A stretch of 64,000 nucleotides of DNA, taken from positions 32,007-96,006 of the forward strand of contig DATJNK010000012.1 of assembly GCA_035508215.1 (NCBI GenBank). The letters are read 5' to 3'. Positions within the stretch are counted from its first letter, which is position 1; every line of letters begins with the position of its first letter. The position numbers and the translations under genes are program-made. Below the pieces are notes generated by a model, which saw only the letters and a list, made by a program, of their open reading frames with translations, searched no databases and had not been told where the DNA came from. The DNA comes from Verrucomicrobiia bacterium. GTDB taxonomy: Bacteria; Acidobacteriota; Terriglobia; Terriglobales; Acidobacteriaceae. Of the stretch, positions 9,950-18,194 are shown piece by piece.

Positions 9950-10843
9950 TCAGTCGGCAGCGATCGAACTTGCGCTCTGCATGGTCAGGGGGCCATAAGT
10001 CTCGGGACGACGATCGCGAAAGAATTGCCATACCCTTCGCACCTCAGTGATCATCTCGAGGTCGAGATCGGCAACTACGACTTCGTCTTTGTCGCGGCTG
10101 GCTTGGGCAATGATCTTTCCGCGAGGATTGCAGAAATAGCTCTTGCCGTAGAATTCGCCGATGCTCCACGGCTTCTCGGTCCCCACGCGATTGATCGCCC
10201 CCACAAAATAGCCGTTAGCGACCGCATGCGCGGGCTGCTCGAGCTCCCACAGATATTCGGAGAGGCCAGCCACCGTCGCCGACGGATTAAAGACAATCTC
10301 AGCGCCGTTCAGTCCGAGGATGCGCGCGCCTTCAGGAAAATGGCGATCGTAACAGATGTAGACTCCGACCCGAGCGTACTTGGTTTCAAACACGGGATAT
10401 CCCAGATCGCCCGGGGTGAAGTAGAACTTCTCCCAGAAGCCGGGATGGCAATGCGGAATGTGATGCTTACGATATTTTCCGAGGTAGCGGCCATCTGCAT
10501 CGATGACCGCGGCAGTATTGAAATATACGCCGGGCATCTGCTCTTCATACACCGGAACCACAATCACCATGTGATGCTTGGCAGCAACCTTCTGCATAAG
10601 TCGAACGGTCGGCCCGTCCGGGACCCGCTCGGTGAGTTCATACCAGCGCGCGTTTTGTTCGGCGCAAAAATATGGGCCATAGAAAAGCTCCTGGAGGCAC
10701 AAGATCTGCGTCTTCTTTTTAGCTGCTTGTTGGATCAGCTTCATGTGCTTGTCGAGCATGGCCTTTCGAATCTGCGCGAGCGGACGCTCGGTGCTGAGCG
10801 CATTGCTGGCTTGAATCAAGGCACAGCGGACGATACGGGGCAT
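9950..10843 (-). CDS. beta-ureidopropionase-like carbon-nitrogen hydrolase (nitrilase superfamily)
   Basis: 297 aa. It carries the CN-hydrolase catalytic E-K-C context (LCLQELF..., YRKHHIP, VYICYDRHFPE) and the C-terminal FFRDRRPETY typical of eukaryote-type beta-alanine synthases. Strong GGAGGA RBS upstream. Confidence 0.8.
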   Translation of the reverse strand: MPRIVRCALIQASNALSTERPLAQIRKAMLDKHMKLIQQAAKKKTQILCLQELFYGPYFCAEQNARWYELTERVPDGPTVRLMQKVAAKHHMVIVVPVYEEQMPGVYFNTAAVIDADGRYLGKYRKHHIPHCHPGFWEKFYFTPGDLGYPVFETKYARVGVYICYDRHFPEGARILGLNGAEIVFNPSATVAGLSEYLWELEQPAHAVANGYFVGAINRVGTEKPWSIGEFYGKSYFCNPRGKIIAQASRDKDEVVVADLDLEMITEVRRVWQFFRDRRPETYGPLTMQSASSIAAD

Positions 10844-10956
10844 GACTCCTCCAGACTCGACTTTCGAGGAACGAAACTATAGCAGAAATTGTGGCGCAGA
10901 AAGCGGGCAGGCGCGAGATTCGAAGCCGGGATTGCTCGCGTTACTCGACATTGACA

Positions 10957-10985
10957 TTGACATGCCCTAAGACGCTGGCTACACT
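10957..10985 (+). promoter_or_regulatory. sigma-70-type promoter candidate for rbsK
   Basis: TTGACA (10957-10962), a 17-nt spacer, then TACACT (10980-10985), about 30 nt upstream of the rbsK ATG. A second overlapping TTGACA lies 6 nt upstream (ATTGACATTGACAT). Confidence 0.4.
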
Positions 10986-11017
10986 CGCCCTTCTTTGAAC
11001 TTCAGCCTCCGGAGCTT

Positions 11018-11947
11018 ATGGCAAAACGCCCGCGAATCGTGGTAGTCGGCAGCGCGAACATCGATCTCACGACATTTACCAATCAATTTCCGAAGCCGGG
11101 CGAAACCCTGTTTGCGGAGAGATTCGACCTGGGTTTCGGCGGGAAAGGCGCGAATCAGGCGGTGGCCGCCAGGCTGTGCGGCGCGGAGGTTTTCATGGTC
11201 GCGCGCGTGGGCAGCGATCTCTTCGGCCCCGCGACAATTGAGAACTTTCGCAAACAAGGGATCGACCCGACACACGTAAAACAGGTCGCAGGACTGTCGA
11301 GCGGTGTGGCTCCGATCTTTGTCGAGTCCAACGGACAGAATCGGATCCTGGTGGTGAAAGGCGCCAACGATGCATTGAAACCCTCAGACGTGGATGCGGC
11401 CGCCGAGACTCTGAAGACTGCCGACTGCATCGTGCTGCAGTTCGAAATCCCGCTCGAGACGGTTTACTACACTGTCGATTTTGCCCGGCGCAATAATATC
11501 CGCTGTATTGTGAACCCGGCGCCGGCGCAACCGGTCGATCTTTCAGCGCTCCGGGATCTGGATTACTTTGTTCCCAACGAGAGCGAGGCGGAGGCCATCG
11601 CGGGCGCGCCCGTGAAGAATCTGGACGACGCCAGGAAATGCGCCGAACGAATGCTGAAGGCGGGAATTCGCAGAGTAATTATCACTCTCGGGGCGAAGGG
11701 GTGCCTCCTGGCCGGCAGCGAGGGATGCGACCACATTCCACCGTTCAAAGTGGAGAGTGTCGACAGCACCGGGGCGGGAGACGCATTCATTGGCAGCTTT
11801 GCCGTCTTTCTCGGCGAAGGAGCCCCGGAAAAAGAAGCATTGCGGCTCGCCAATCTCTACGCTGCTTTATCCACCACAGGGGTTGGAACGCAGAAATCGT
11901 TCTACGACCGTGCCCGCTTCGACGCCCAGTGGGCTGCTCGCCGCTGA
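11018..11947 (+). CDS. rbsK: ribokinase
   Basis: VVVGSANIDL, GGKGANQAVAA and the C-terminal DSTGAGDAFIGSFA (PfkB signature 2) are present. 309 aa. Confidence 0.9.
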   Translation: MAKRPRIVVVGSANIDLTTFTNQFPKPGETLFAERFDLGFGGKGANQAVAARLCGAEVFMVARVGSDLFGPATIENFRKQGIDPTHVKQVAGLSSGVAPIFVESNGQNRILVVKGANDALKPSDVDAAAETLKTADCIVLQFEIPLETVYYTVDFARRNNIRCIVNPAPAQPVDLSALRDLDYFVPNESEAEAIAGAPVKNLDDARKCAERMLKAGIRRVIITLGAKGCLLAGSEGCDHIPPFKVESVDSTGAGDAFIGSFAVFLGEGAPEKEALRLANLYAALSTTGVGTQKSFYDRARFDAQWAARR

Positions 11948-12115
11948 GTAGGAACCGTTGTTTTCGCAGAACATAACTTGTGTTTCGCGACCGTTTCGTC
12001 GTGCTCTGCCAGCCTGCCGGTCGCAGATTCGCTGAAAGAACGAAGCCTTCGACATTTCTGCTGATTGCGATTCAGAAAATGACGACGAACGGCGCTGTTG
12101 TCTCGCCGAAAAGTC

Positions 12116-12144
12116 TTGACTTACCGACGAGCGGAGATTTATAA
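12116..12144 (+). promoter_or_regulatory. sigma-70-type promoter candidate for the TonB-dependent receptor
   Basis: TTGACT (12116-12121), a 17-nt spacer, then TTATAA (12139-12144), about 90 nt upstream of ATG 12233. Confidence 0.4.
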
Positions 12145-12232
12145 GCCGAGTCTGCGGTCGGGGGCTCTCCCAGGTTCAATCTGCGGGAGAATACTCTCTT
12201 TTTGGGGCAGGCCGCCGAAAGGGGTTCAGTCG

Positions 12233-15200
12233 ATGCCAAGCACGAAGATGCTTGTCGCAGTGGTGGTGTCAGCGCTGGTTTTTGTGTGCGGTCCCTTTGC
12301 GTTGGGTCAGGCGACCGGCAGCTTTTCGGGCACGGTGTCGGACAACTCGGGAGCTGTCATCGCCGGCGCGAAAGTGACAGTCACTGCTCAGGCGACGAAT
12401 ATCTCGCGCCAGGCGCCGACCGATGATAGCGGGCACTACATTGTGCCGCTGCTTGGCGTTGGCGAATACACGGTCCGAGTCGAGGCCGCAGGCTTCAAAC
12501 CGGGTGAGTCGAAAGACATTCGCCTGCAAATCGACGAACACCGCGAGCTGGACTTCAAGCTGGTTCCCGCCTCAGTGACAACCAATGTTGAAGTGAGCGC
12601 AACCGAAGTAGCGGTCGAAACGTCCACTCCAACGCTCGGTCAAGTCATTACTGCTGAAGAAGTGTCCGAACTGCCGCTGAACGGGCGAAATTTCGTACAA
12701 CTGGCGACCCTTACCCCCGGCACCACGGCCTCCACGAGTCCGGTGAGTTTCTTCACGAGCGCGGCGAGCAGCGAGGCTGCCACGCGTGGTTCCTTTTCGC
12801 TTTCGGTGGGTGGTTCGCGAGAACAGGAAACCGACTGGCTCCTCGATGGCAACGACAATAACCAACTCGATGAAGGCGGCATCGCCATCTTCTCGTCTAT
12901 CGACGACATCCAGGAGTTCAAGGTTCTCACCTACAACTATTCTGCAGAATTTGGCGAGCGCGCCGGCCCGACCGTGCTGGTGACAACCAAGTCGGGATCG
13001 AATCAGTTTCACGGATCGGTGTTCGAGTTCTTCCGCAACACCAAGCTCGACGCCCGCAGTTACTTCGCGAGTTCGGTTGAGAAATTCAACTTAAACCAGT
13101 TTGGGGGGTCTCTCGGCGGTCCGATCAAGAAGGACAAGACATTTTTCTTTGTAGATTATCAAGCGAAAATGCAGCGGCACGGGATACCATTCACCGGCTT
13201 CGTTCCTACGACCGCGATGTATACACCGGACGCAAATGGCAATTACGACTTCAGCGGCACCGCCACTGGGAGGCAGCTGAATGACCCGTTCTCCGGTTCA
13301 CCTTTCCAGTGCCTGCCGGGCACCTCGACTTCGGAACCCGTCTTGGCAGATGGGAGTCAGCCGACAGGTCAGAATTGTAACGTTATCCCGGGCGCGCTCG
13401 CGAGCCCGATCGGCCAGCAGATTCTGCAACTTTATCCGGCCCCGAACGTGAGCGGAGCCGGCTATAACTACGTTAACGAGCCGGTAAGAAAGCTGAATGA
13501 GGGGACATTTGACGTTCGGCTGGACCACTCCTTCTCGAACAAAGACTCCGCCTTTGCGCGCTTCAGCTACGATCAGGCGACGAACTTCGTCCCCGGCGGC
13601 TCACCGACGTGGGCCGAAGTCAACGCGTTTGGCAGCAATCAGCATATCGAGAATCATGGCCGCAACCTGGCAATTTCGGAAACCCACATCTTTTCCTCCA
13701 GCACCATCAACCAGGCGAGCGTTGGTTTCAATCGCATCTTCAACCACATTCTTTCCTTCGGCACAGACGGCAGCTGCAAAGCGGCGCTGATCGGCATTCC
13801 GGGTTCAGATCTGGGAGCGGCGTGCGATGGGATCACAGGCTACCCAGCCAGCCTCAATCAGTCCAGCAAGGATTGCATCAGTTGTGGCATGACGTCCTTC
13901 CTGATGTCGAACTACATGTCGGTGGGCGATCGCGGCTATTCTCCCTACCAGGGCGGCACCAACGTCTATTCGATTTCTGACACGCTCGACTTGATTCGCG
14001 GGAAACATAATCTGCGCGTCGGCGCCGTCTATCGCGCTAACGAAATGAACATCCGGAACAACGCCTTCCAGGACGGGTTCGCGGTTGAGAACGCAATGTG
14101 GACGGGCGATGATGCAGCCGATCTGCTGCTGGGAGCGTGGGGTGTATTCGCCGCGCACGACCAGACGTTCTTGGGCGGGACGGTTGGCCGTCGCTGGAAG
14201 CTGTTTCGCCCATTTGTGCAAGACGATTGGCGTGTAACCAACAACCTTACGGTGAACATCGGCGTGGCGTGGGCGCTGGCAACACCGGAAACCGAAGTTG
14301 GACACCGCCAGGCGAATTTCGATATCCAGACCCTGAAGTGGTATGTCCCGAAGGGAAGTCCGACGTTAGACACCTGCACCGTCTGCATTGCCAGTGACGC
14401 ACGAGCTGGAATTCAGCTGGACAAGACAGCGTTCGAGCCGCGCATCGGGTTGTCCTGGAAACCGATGGGCAGCGACAAGACTGCGATTCGTGCCGGCTAC
14501 GCCATCTATCACGATTCTGCCTGGAATCAAGGCGGACAAGGACTCTGGCAGAACCCGCCTTACTATGCCGAAGTCGATCCGTGCGCCTTCTGCTTCTCGT
14601 ACGGAAGCGCGTTCGGAGCGCTCGGAGGGGGTTTCCTGTTGGCACCGGATACCCCATCTGCTCTCAATGTTCCAGGTGGCGCCATCTACGACGCCCCGGT
14701 CAATCCGGCGGACTACAGCGGAACCATCCAATCGATGAACCGGAATTTCAAGCAGGGCATGGTGCAACAGTACAACCTGAACGTGGAACACCAACTCCCT
14801 GGCAACGTTGTGCTCACGGCAGGTTATGCCGGCTCGAAGAGCACGCACATTCTGGTCGGCCAGTCGAACGAGAACCTCAATGAACCGAGCGCCTGCCCGG
14901 GCGAGCCGAATGAGACCGCGGGCTACACCGTCGGCTGTGGCTTTGGGAATTTTCCTTATGCGTTGGCTTTTCAGAGCGTGAGCGCGAACAACAGCGTTGG
15001 GACCGCGCGATATGATTCCCTGCAGGTGAAAGCCGAGACCAAGAGTTCGCGGCACGGGCTTTACGCTCTGCTTGGCTACACCTGGTCGCGCACGTTTGAC
15101 TCCGGCATGCCCGATGGTCTGGGCACCAATCCCGGTGCAATCTACTATCCGCTGCCCGGGTACAAGAAGCTTGACTGGGGATTGTCGCAGCTCAACCTGA

Positions 15201-15817
15201 ATGACAGCTTCACGGCGAGCGTTCTTTATGACTTGCCCTTCGGCAAGGGGAAACACTTCGGCAGCAACTGGAACGGAGCCACCAATACTGTCTTCGGCAA
15301 CTGGCAACTGGATCTGATCGAACGCGCAACCTCGGGATTTCCCCTCTTTGTGGTTGACAGCGCGGATGAGTCCGGGACCTTTTTCTCGTACAACGGCGGC
15401 ACCTATCAACGCCCGAACCAAGTCGGGGATCCAAACCGGCCCGGCCCCGTGGCCGGGAATCCTGGGTGCACTGCGCCGTCGCAGATTCACACGATACAGA
15501 ACTGGTTCAATCCTTGCGCTTTCATGCAGGCGCCGACCGGAGAGCTAGGCACGGCAGCTCGAGCGCCAGTGTATGGTCCGCGTTTCGTAAACACGGATTT
15601 CTCGATCATCAAGGACTTTCCGTTCCCCTGGCGTGAAGGCATGAACCTGCAGTTCCGAGCTGAATTCTTCAATCTGTTTAACCATCCGCAGTTCTTCCTG
15701 CAAGGAGCCGGAGGCAGTGGTGAGCAGGATATCAACGCGTCGGCGACGTTTGGGGTAATCAACGCGACGGTGAATAATCCCCGGCTTATTCAGTTTGCAT
15801 TGAAACTGAGGTTCTGA
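12233..15817 (+). CDS. TonB-dependent receptor with N-terminal carboxypeptidase-regulatory-like domain
   Basis: Signal peptide MPSTKMLVAVVVSALVFVCGPFALGQA. CarboxypepD_reg-like segment GSFSGTVSDNSGAVIAGAKVTV...DDSGHYIVP..GEYTVRVEAAGF. Plug region (LNGRNFVQLATLTPG) and a long barrel ending ...FALKLRF with terminal aromatic residue. Start set at ATG 12233 rather than the 12098 ORF start. Confidence 0.85.
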   Translation: MPSTKMLVAVVVSALVFVCGPFALGQATGSFSGTVSDNSGAVIAGAKVTVTAQATNISRQAPTDDSGHYIVPLLGVGEYTVRVEAAGFKPGESKDIRLQIDEHRELDFKLVPASVTTNVEVSATEVAVETSTPTLGQVITAEEVSELPLNGRNFVQLATLTPGTTASTSPVSFFTSAASSEAATRGSFSLSVGGSREQETDWLLDGNDNNQLDEGGIAIFSSIDDIQEFKVLTYNYSAEFGERAGPTVLVTTKSGSNQFHGSVFEFFRNTKLDARSYFASSVEKFNLNQFGGSLGGPIKKDKTFFFVDYQAKMQRHGIPFTGFVPTTAMYTPDANGNYDFSGTATGRQLNDPFSGSPFQCLPGTSTSEPVLADGSQPTGQNCNVIPGALASPIGQQILQLYPAPNVSGAGYNYVNEPVRKLNEGTFDVRLDHSFSNKDSAFARFSYDQATNFVPGGSPTWAEVNAFGSNQHIENHGRNLAISETHIFSSSTINQASVGFNRIFNHILSFGTDGSCKAALIGIPGSDLGAACDGITGYPASLNQSSKDCISCGMTSFLMSNYMSVGDRGYSPYQGGTNVYSISDTLDLIRGKHNLRVGAVYRANEMNIRNNAFQDGFAVENAMWTGDDAADLLLGAWGVFAAHDQTFLGGTVGRRWKLFRPFVQDDWRVTNNLTVNIGVAWALATPETEVGHRQANFDIQTLKWYVPKGSPTLDTCTVCIASDARAGIQLDKTAFEPRIGLSWKPMGSDKTAIRAGYAIYHDSAWNQGGQGLWQNPPYYAEVDPCAFCFSYGSAFGALGGGFLLAPDTPSALNVPGGAIYDAPVNPADYSGTIQSMNRNFKQGMVQQYNLNVEHQLPGNVVLTAGYAGSKSTHILVGQSNENLNEPSACPGEPNETAGYTVGCGFGNFPYALAFQSVSANNSVGTARYDSLQVKAETKSSRHGLYALLGYTWSRTFDSGMPDGLGTNPGAIYYPLPGYKKLDWGLSQLNLNDSFTASVLYDLPFGKGKHFGSNWNGATNTVFGNWQLDLIERATSGFPLFVVDSADESGTFFSYNGGTYQRPNQVGDPNRPGPVAGNPGCTAPSQIHTIQNWFNPCAFMQAPTGELGTAARAPVYGPRFVNTDFSIIKDFPFPWREGMNLQFRAEFFNLFNHPQFFLQGAGGSGEQDINASATFGVINATVNNPRLIQFALKLRF

Positions 15818-15846
15818 CAGACTCTGAAATGTATACGGGAAAATCG

Positions 15847-15884
15847 GGGCAGACTGGAGAGTCTCCGGTCTGCCCTTTGCTTTT
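15847..15884 (+). terminator. Rho-independent terminator after the TonB-dependent receptor gene
   Basis: GGGCAGACTGGAGA-g-TCTCCgGTCTGCCC hairpin followed by TTTGCTTTT, 30 nt after the stop codon. Confidence 0.7.
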
Positions 15885-15914
15885 CGAAGAGTCGGCGAAT
15901 CTTTAGGAGAAACC

Positions 15915-17015
15915 ATGGGGTCTTGGGGTTTGAGACGGACATTGTTGGGAGTTATTCTTCTTTCCAGTTCGCTGGCGGCGCAGAAGATCAAAATCATCGT
16001 GGACCAGGATGCCCGCGGCCCCGGAACCAGTGATCAACAAGCGATTCTTGTCTTCCTCCAGTCGGAGAAGTTCGATGTCCTCGGGATCACGACCGTCAGC
16101 GGCGACCAGTGGGTGAAGGAAGAGACCCAGCACGCTCTTCGTCTATTGGAAATTTCCGGGCACGCAGATGTCCCCGCCTATCAGGGCGCCGAATTTCCGC
16201 TCCTCAACTCCAAAGAAGAAACCGAGCGCTGGGAGGCGCTCTACGGAAAGCTCGAATACAAGGGCTGCTGGACCGACTTCGAAGCCAACCGCTCCACAAT
16301 TTACCGCGAGCCTTATCACGGGCCGGATATCGTGCCACCGATGCCGGAGGGTGAGCCGCATATTCACGCTCAGCCCGGAACTGCCGCTGAGTTTATCGTC
16401 CAGATGGTCCACAAGTATCCCGGGGAAGTCGTCTTGTGGGCGGGAGGTCCGCTGACCAACTATGCGCTTGCTTTGAAACTCGATCCTTCCATCGCAGGCC
16501 TGGCAAAAGAGTTTGTCTTGATGGGCAGCGGCCTCTACGCTGACAAGGGTGCCATCGACGCTGGAGCGATTGACGCGCGGCGGGAATTCAACTGGTGGTT
16601 CGATCCAGAAGCGGCGCGTATCGTGCTGCGCGCTCCATGGAAGAAGATGACCATTACCCCGATCGACATTTCCGTCAAGACCCGCTTCACTTCGGAAATG
16701 AAGGCGACCATCGCGAAGGCCGACACCCCGATCACTCGCTATATCGACAAATACTCGCTGCCCGGCTACATGTGGGATGAAATTGCCGGGGTGGCTCTGA
16801 TCGATCCATCGATCATTACCGGCGAGAAGAGGCTCTATATGGATATCGACATCGACCATGGAGCCAGTTATGGCAAGACTTTATTCTGGGATGCGTCGGC
16901 TTCGGTCCCGCCGTACGAACGCCTGGCCAACGTTCAATTCGACATTGACGCAGAGAAGTTCTACAAGATATTCATCGACCTGATGACACGCCCTCCGGGC
17001 GGAGAGCCGAAATAA
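15915..17015 (+). CDS. secreted nucleoside-hydrolase-family protein, divergent subgroup (paralog 1)
   Basis: Signal peptide (LLGVILLSSSLAAQ). IUNH-like fold markers are present (IIVDQDARGPGTSDQQAIL, VLGITTVSGDQW, GGPLTNYALAL, NWWFDPEAARIV), but the aspartate cluster is interrupted. AGGAGA RBS upstream. Confidence 0.75.
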   Translation: MGSWGLRRTLLGVILLSSSLAAQKIKIIVDQDARGPGTSDQQAILVFLQSEKFDVLGITTVSGDQWVKEETQHALRLLEISGHADVPAYQGAEFPLLNSKEETERWEALYGKLEYKGCWTDFEANRSTIYREPYHGPDIVPPMPEGEPHIHAQPGTAAEFIVQMVHKYPGEVVLWAGGPLTNYALALKLDPSIAGLAKEFVLMGSGLYADKGAIDAGAIDARREFNWWFDPEAARIVLRAPWKKMTITPIDISVKTRFTSEMKATIAKADTPITRYIDKYSLPGYMWDEIAGVALIDPSIITGEKRLYMDIDIDHGASYGKTLFWDASASVPPYERLANVQFDIDAEKFYKIFIDLMTRPPGGEPK

Positions 17016-17033
17016 GATCCAGGGACTCGTCTT

Positions 17034-18128
17034 GTGATCCTCACCGCGAACCTCATGCAAAGATCGAGATACGTTTCTGCAGGCGCGCTTTTGTTGGCAT
17101 CCACCCTCACGCTGGCTGCGCCCCGACGAAAGATCATCATCAACGAGGACTGCTCCGGGCCGGGTGGAAGCAACATGCAAACCGTGGCTCTTCTGGTGCA
17201 GTCGCCGGAAGTGGAAGTACTCGGCGTGACCGTGGTCAGCGGCGATCAATGGCGCGACGAAGAGGTAGCGCACACCTTGCGCCTGCTCGAAATCATGGGG
17301 CGCGCCGATATCCCGGTTGTTCCCGGCGCAGAGTTCCCGCTGGTGCGAACGCGAAGAGAAGAGCAGTTCTGGCAAGCGCAGTATGGCAAAGTCGCCTACG
17401 CCGGAGCCTGGGACGATCGCTGGTGGCACGAAGCCTCCGTCATTCCCGAACTGCCCGAGGGTTCCCCGACCGCGAAAGCACTCAACGAAGACGCGGCGCA
17501 TTTCCTGATTCGGATGGTGCACCGGTATCCGCATCAAGTGACAATCTACGAAGGCGGGCCCATGACGAACCTCGCGCTCGCCATCTCGCTCGACCCAGAA
17601 TTTCCTGAACTGGCGCAGGAACTCGTGTTTATGGGCGGCAGCCTGAGTCCGGAGACCAATAACCCTGAGTTCCTGAACAATCCGCGCCACGAGTTCAACT
17701 TCTGGTTCGATCCAGAGGCGGCAGAGATTGTTCTACGCGCGCCCTGGAAGAAAATCACGTGCACTCCGGTCGACATCTCGGTGAAGACCCATTTGACCGA
17801 AGCGCTCGTCAAGCAGATTGAGGCGAGTGGGACGCCGCTGGCCCGCTATATTGCCCGCTTCGCCATGCTTACTCCCGGAGCGGACATCATGTGGGACGAA
17901 TTGGCCGCCGCTGCCTGGATTGATCCCTCGCTCATCACGAAAACTGAGACTCGCCACATGGGAGTGGACCTCGACCGCGGCGCTGGATATGGAAATACCG
18001 TAACCTGGCCGGCGACGAGTGATGCTAAGGCGGCCGCTCAGCCGGTTGCGATCCAAATGGATCTCAATAAAGAAAAGTTCTATCGCATGTTCGTGACTCG
18101 GATGAGCGCCTCCACGCCCGCGCCCTGA
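17034..18128 (+). CDS. secreted nucleoside-hydrolase-family protein, divergent subgroup (paralog 2)
   Basis: Clearly homologous to the preceding gene along its whole length (VLGVTVVSGDQW, GGPMTNLALAI, NFWFDPEAAEIV). The N-terminal motif is degenerate: IIINEDCSGPGGSNMQ. The start may be GTG 17034 or ATG 17055 (MQRSRYVSAGALLLAS... signal peptide). Confidence 0.7.
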   Translation: MILTANLMQRSRYVSAGALLLASTLTLAAPRRKIIINEDCSGPGGSNMQTVALLVQSPEVEVLGVTVVSGDQWRDEEVAHTLRLLEIMGRADIPVVPGAEFPLVRTRREEQFWQAQYGKVAYAGAWDDRWWHEASVIPELPEGSPTAKALNEDAAHFLIRMVHRYPHQVTIYEGGPMTNLALAISLDPEFPELAQELVFMGGSLSPETNNPEFLNNPRHEFNFWFDPEAAEIVLRAPWKKITCTPVDISVKTHLTEALVKQIEASGTPLARYIARFAMLTPGADIMWDELAAAAWIDPSLITKTETRHMGVDLDRGAGYGNTVTWPATSDAKAAAQPVAIQMDLNKEKFYRMFVTRMSASTPAP

Positions 18129-18194
18129 TTTCTGTCGCATGCTGGCACCTGACGGGGCGGACAGCATACAATGCTGCCTTGCGAGCTTTTTGAA

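Noticed and set aside
12098-12232. Upstream in-frame extensions of several ORF-track entries. These are 12098 for the receptor, 7367 for the LLM enzyme, 30509 for creatininase, 32615 for rapZ, 33745 for the ABC exporter, 47142 for the tail-fibre protein, 49120 for GH127, 51114 for the Rieske protein, 60298 for pilT and 62293 for the asparaginase.
   Set aside because: In each case an internal ATG/TTG coincides with the start of family homology or a signal peptide, often with a Shine-Dalgarno sequence. The extension overlaps promoter-like or intergenic sequence.
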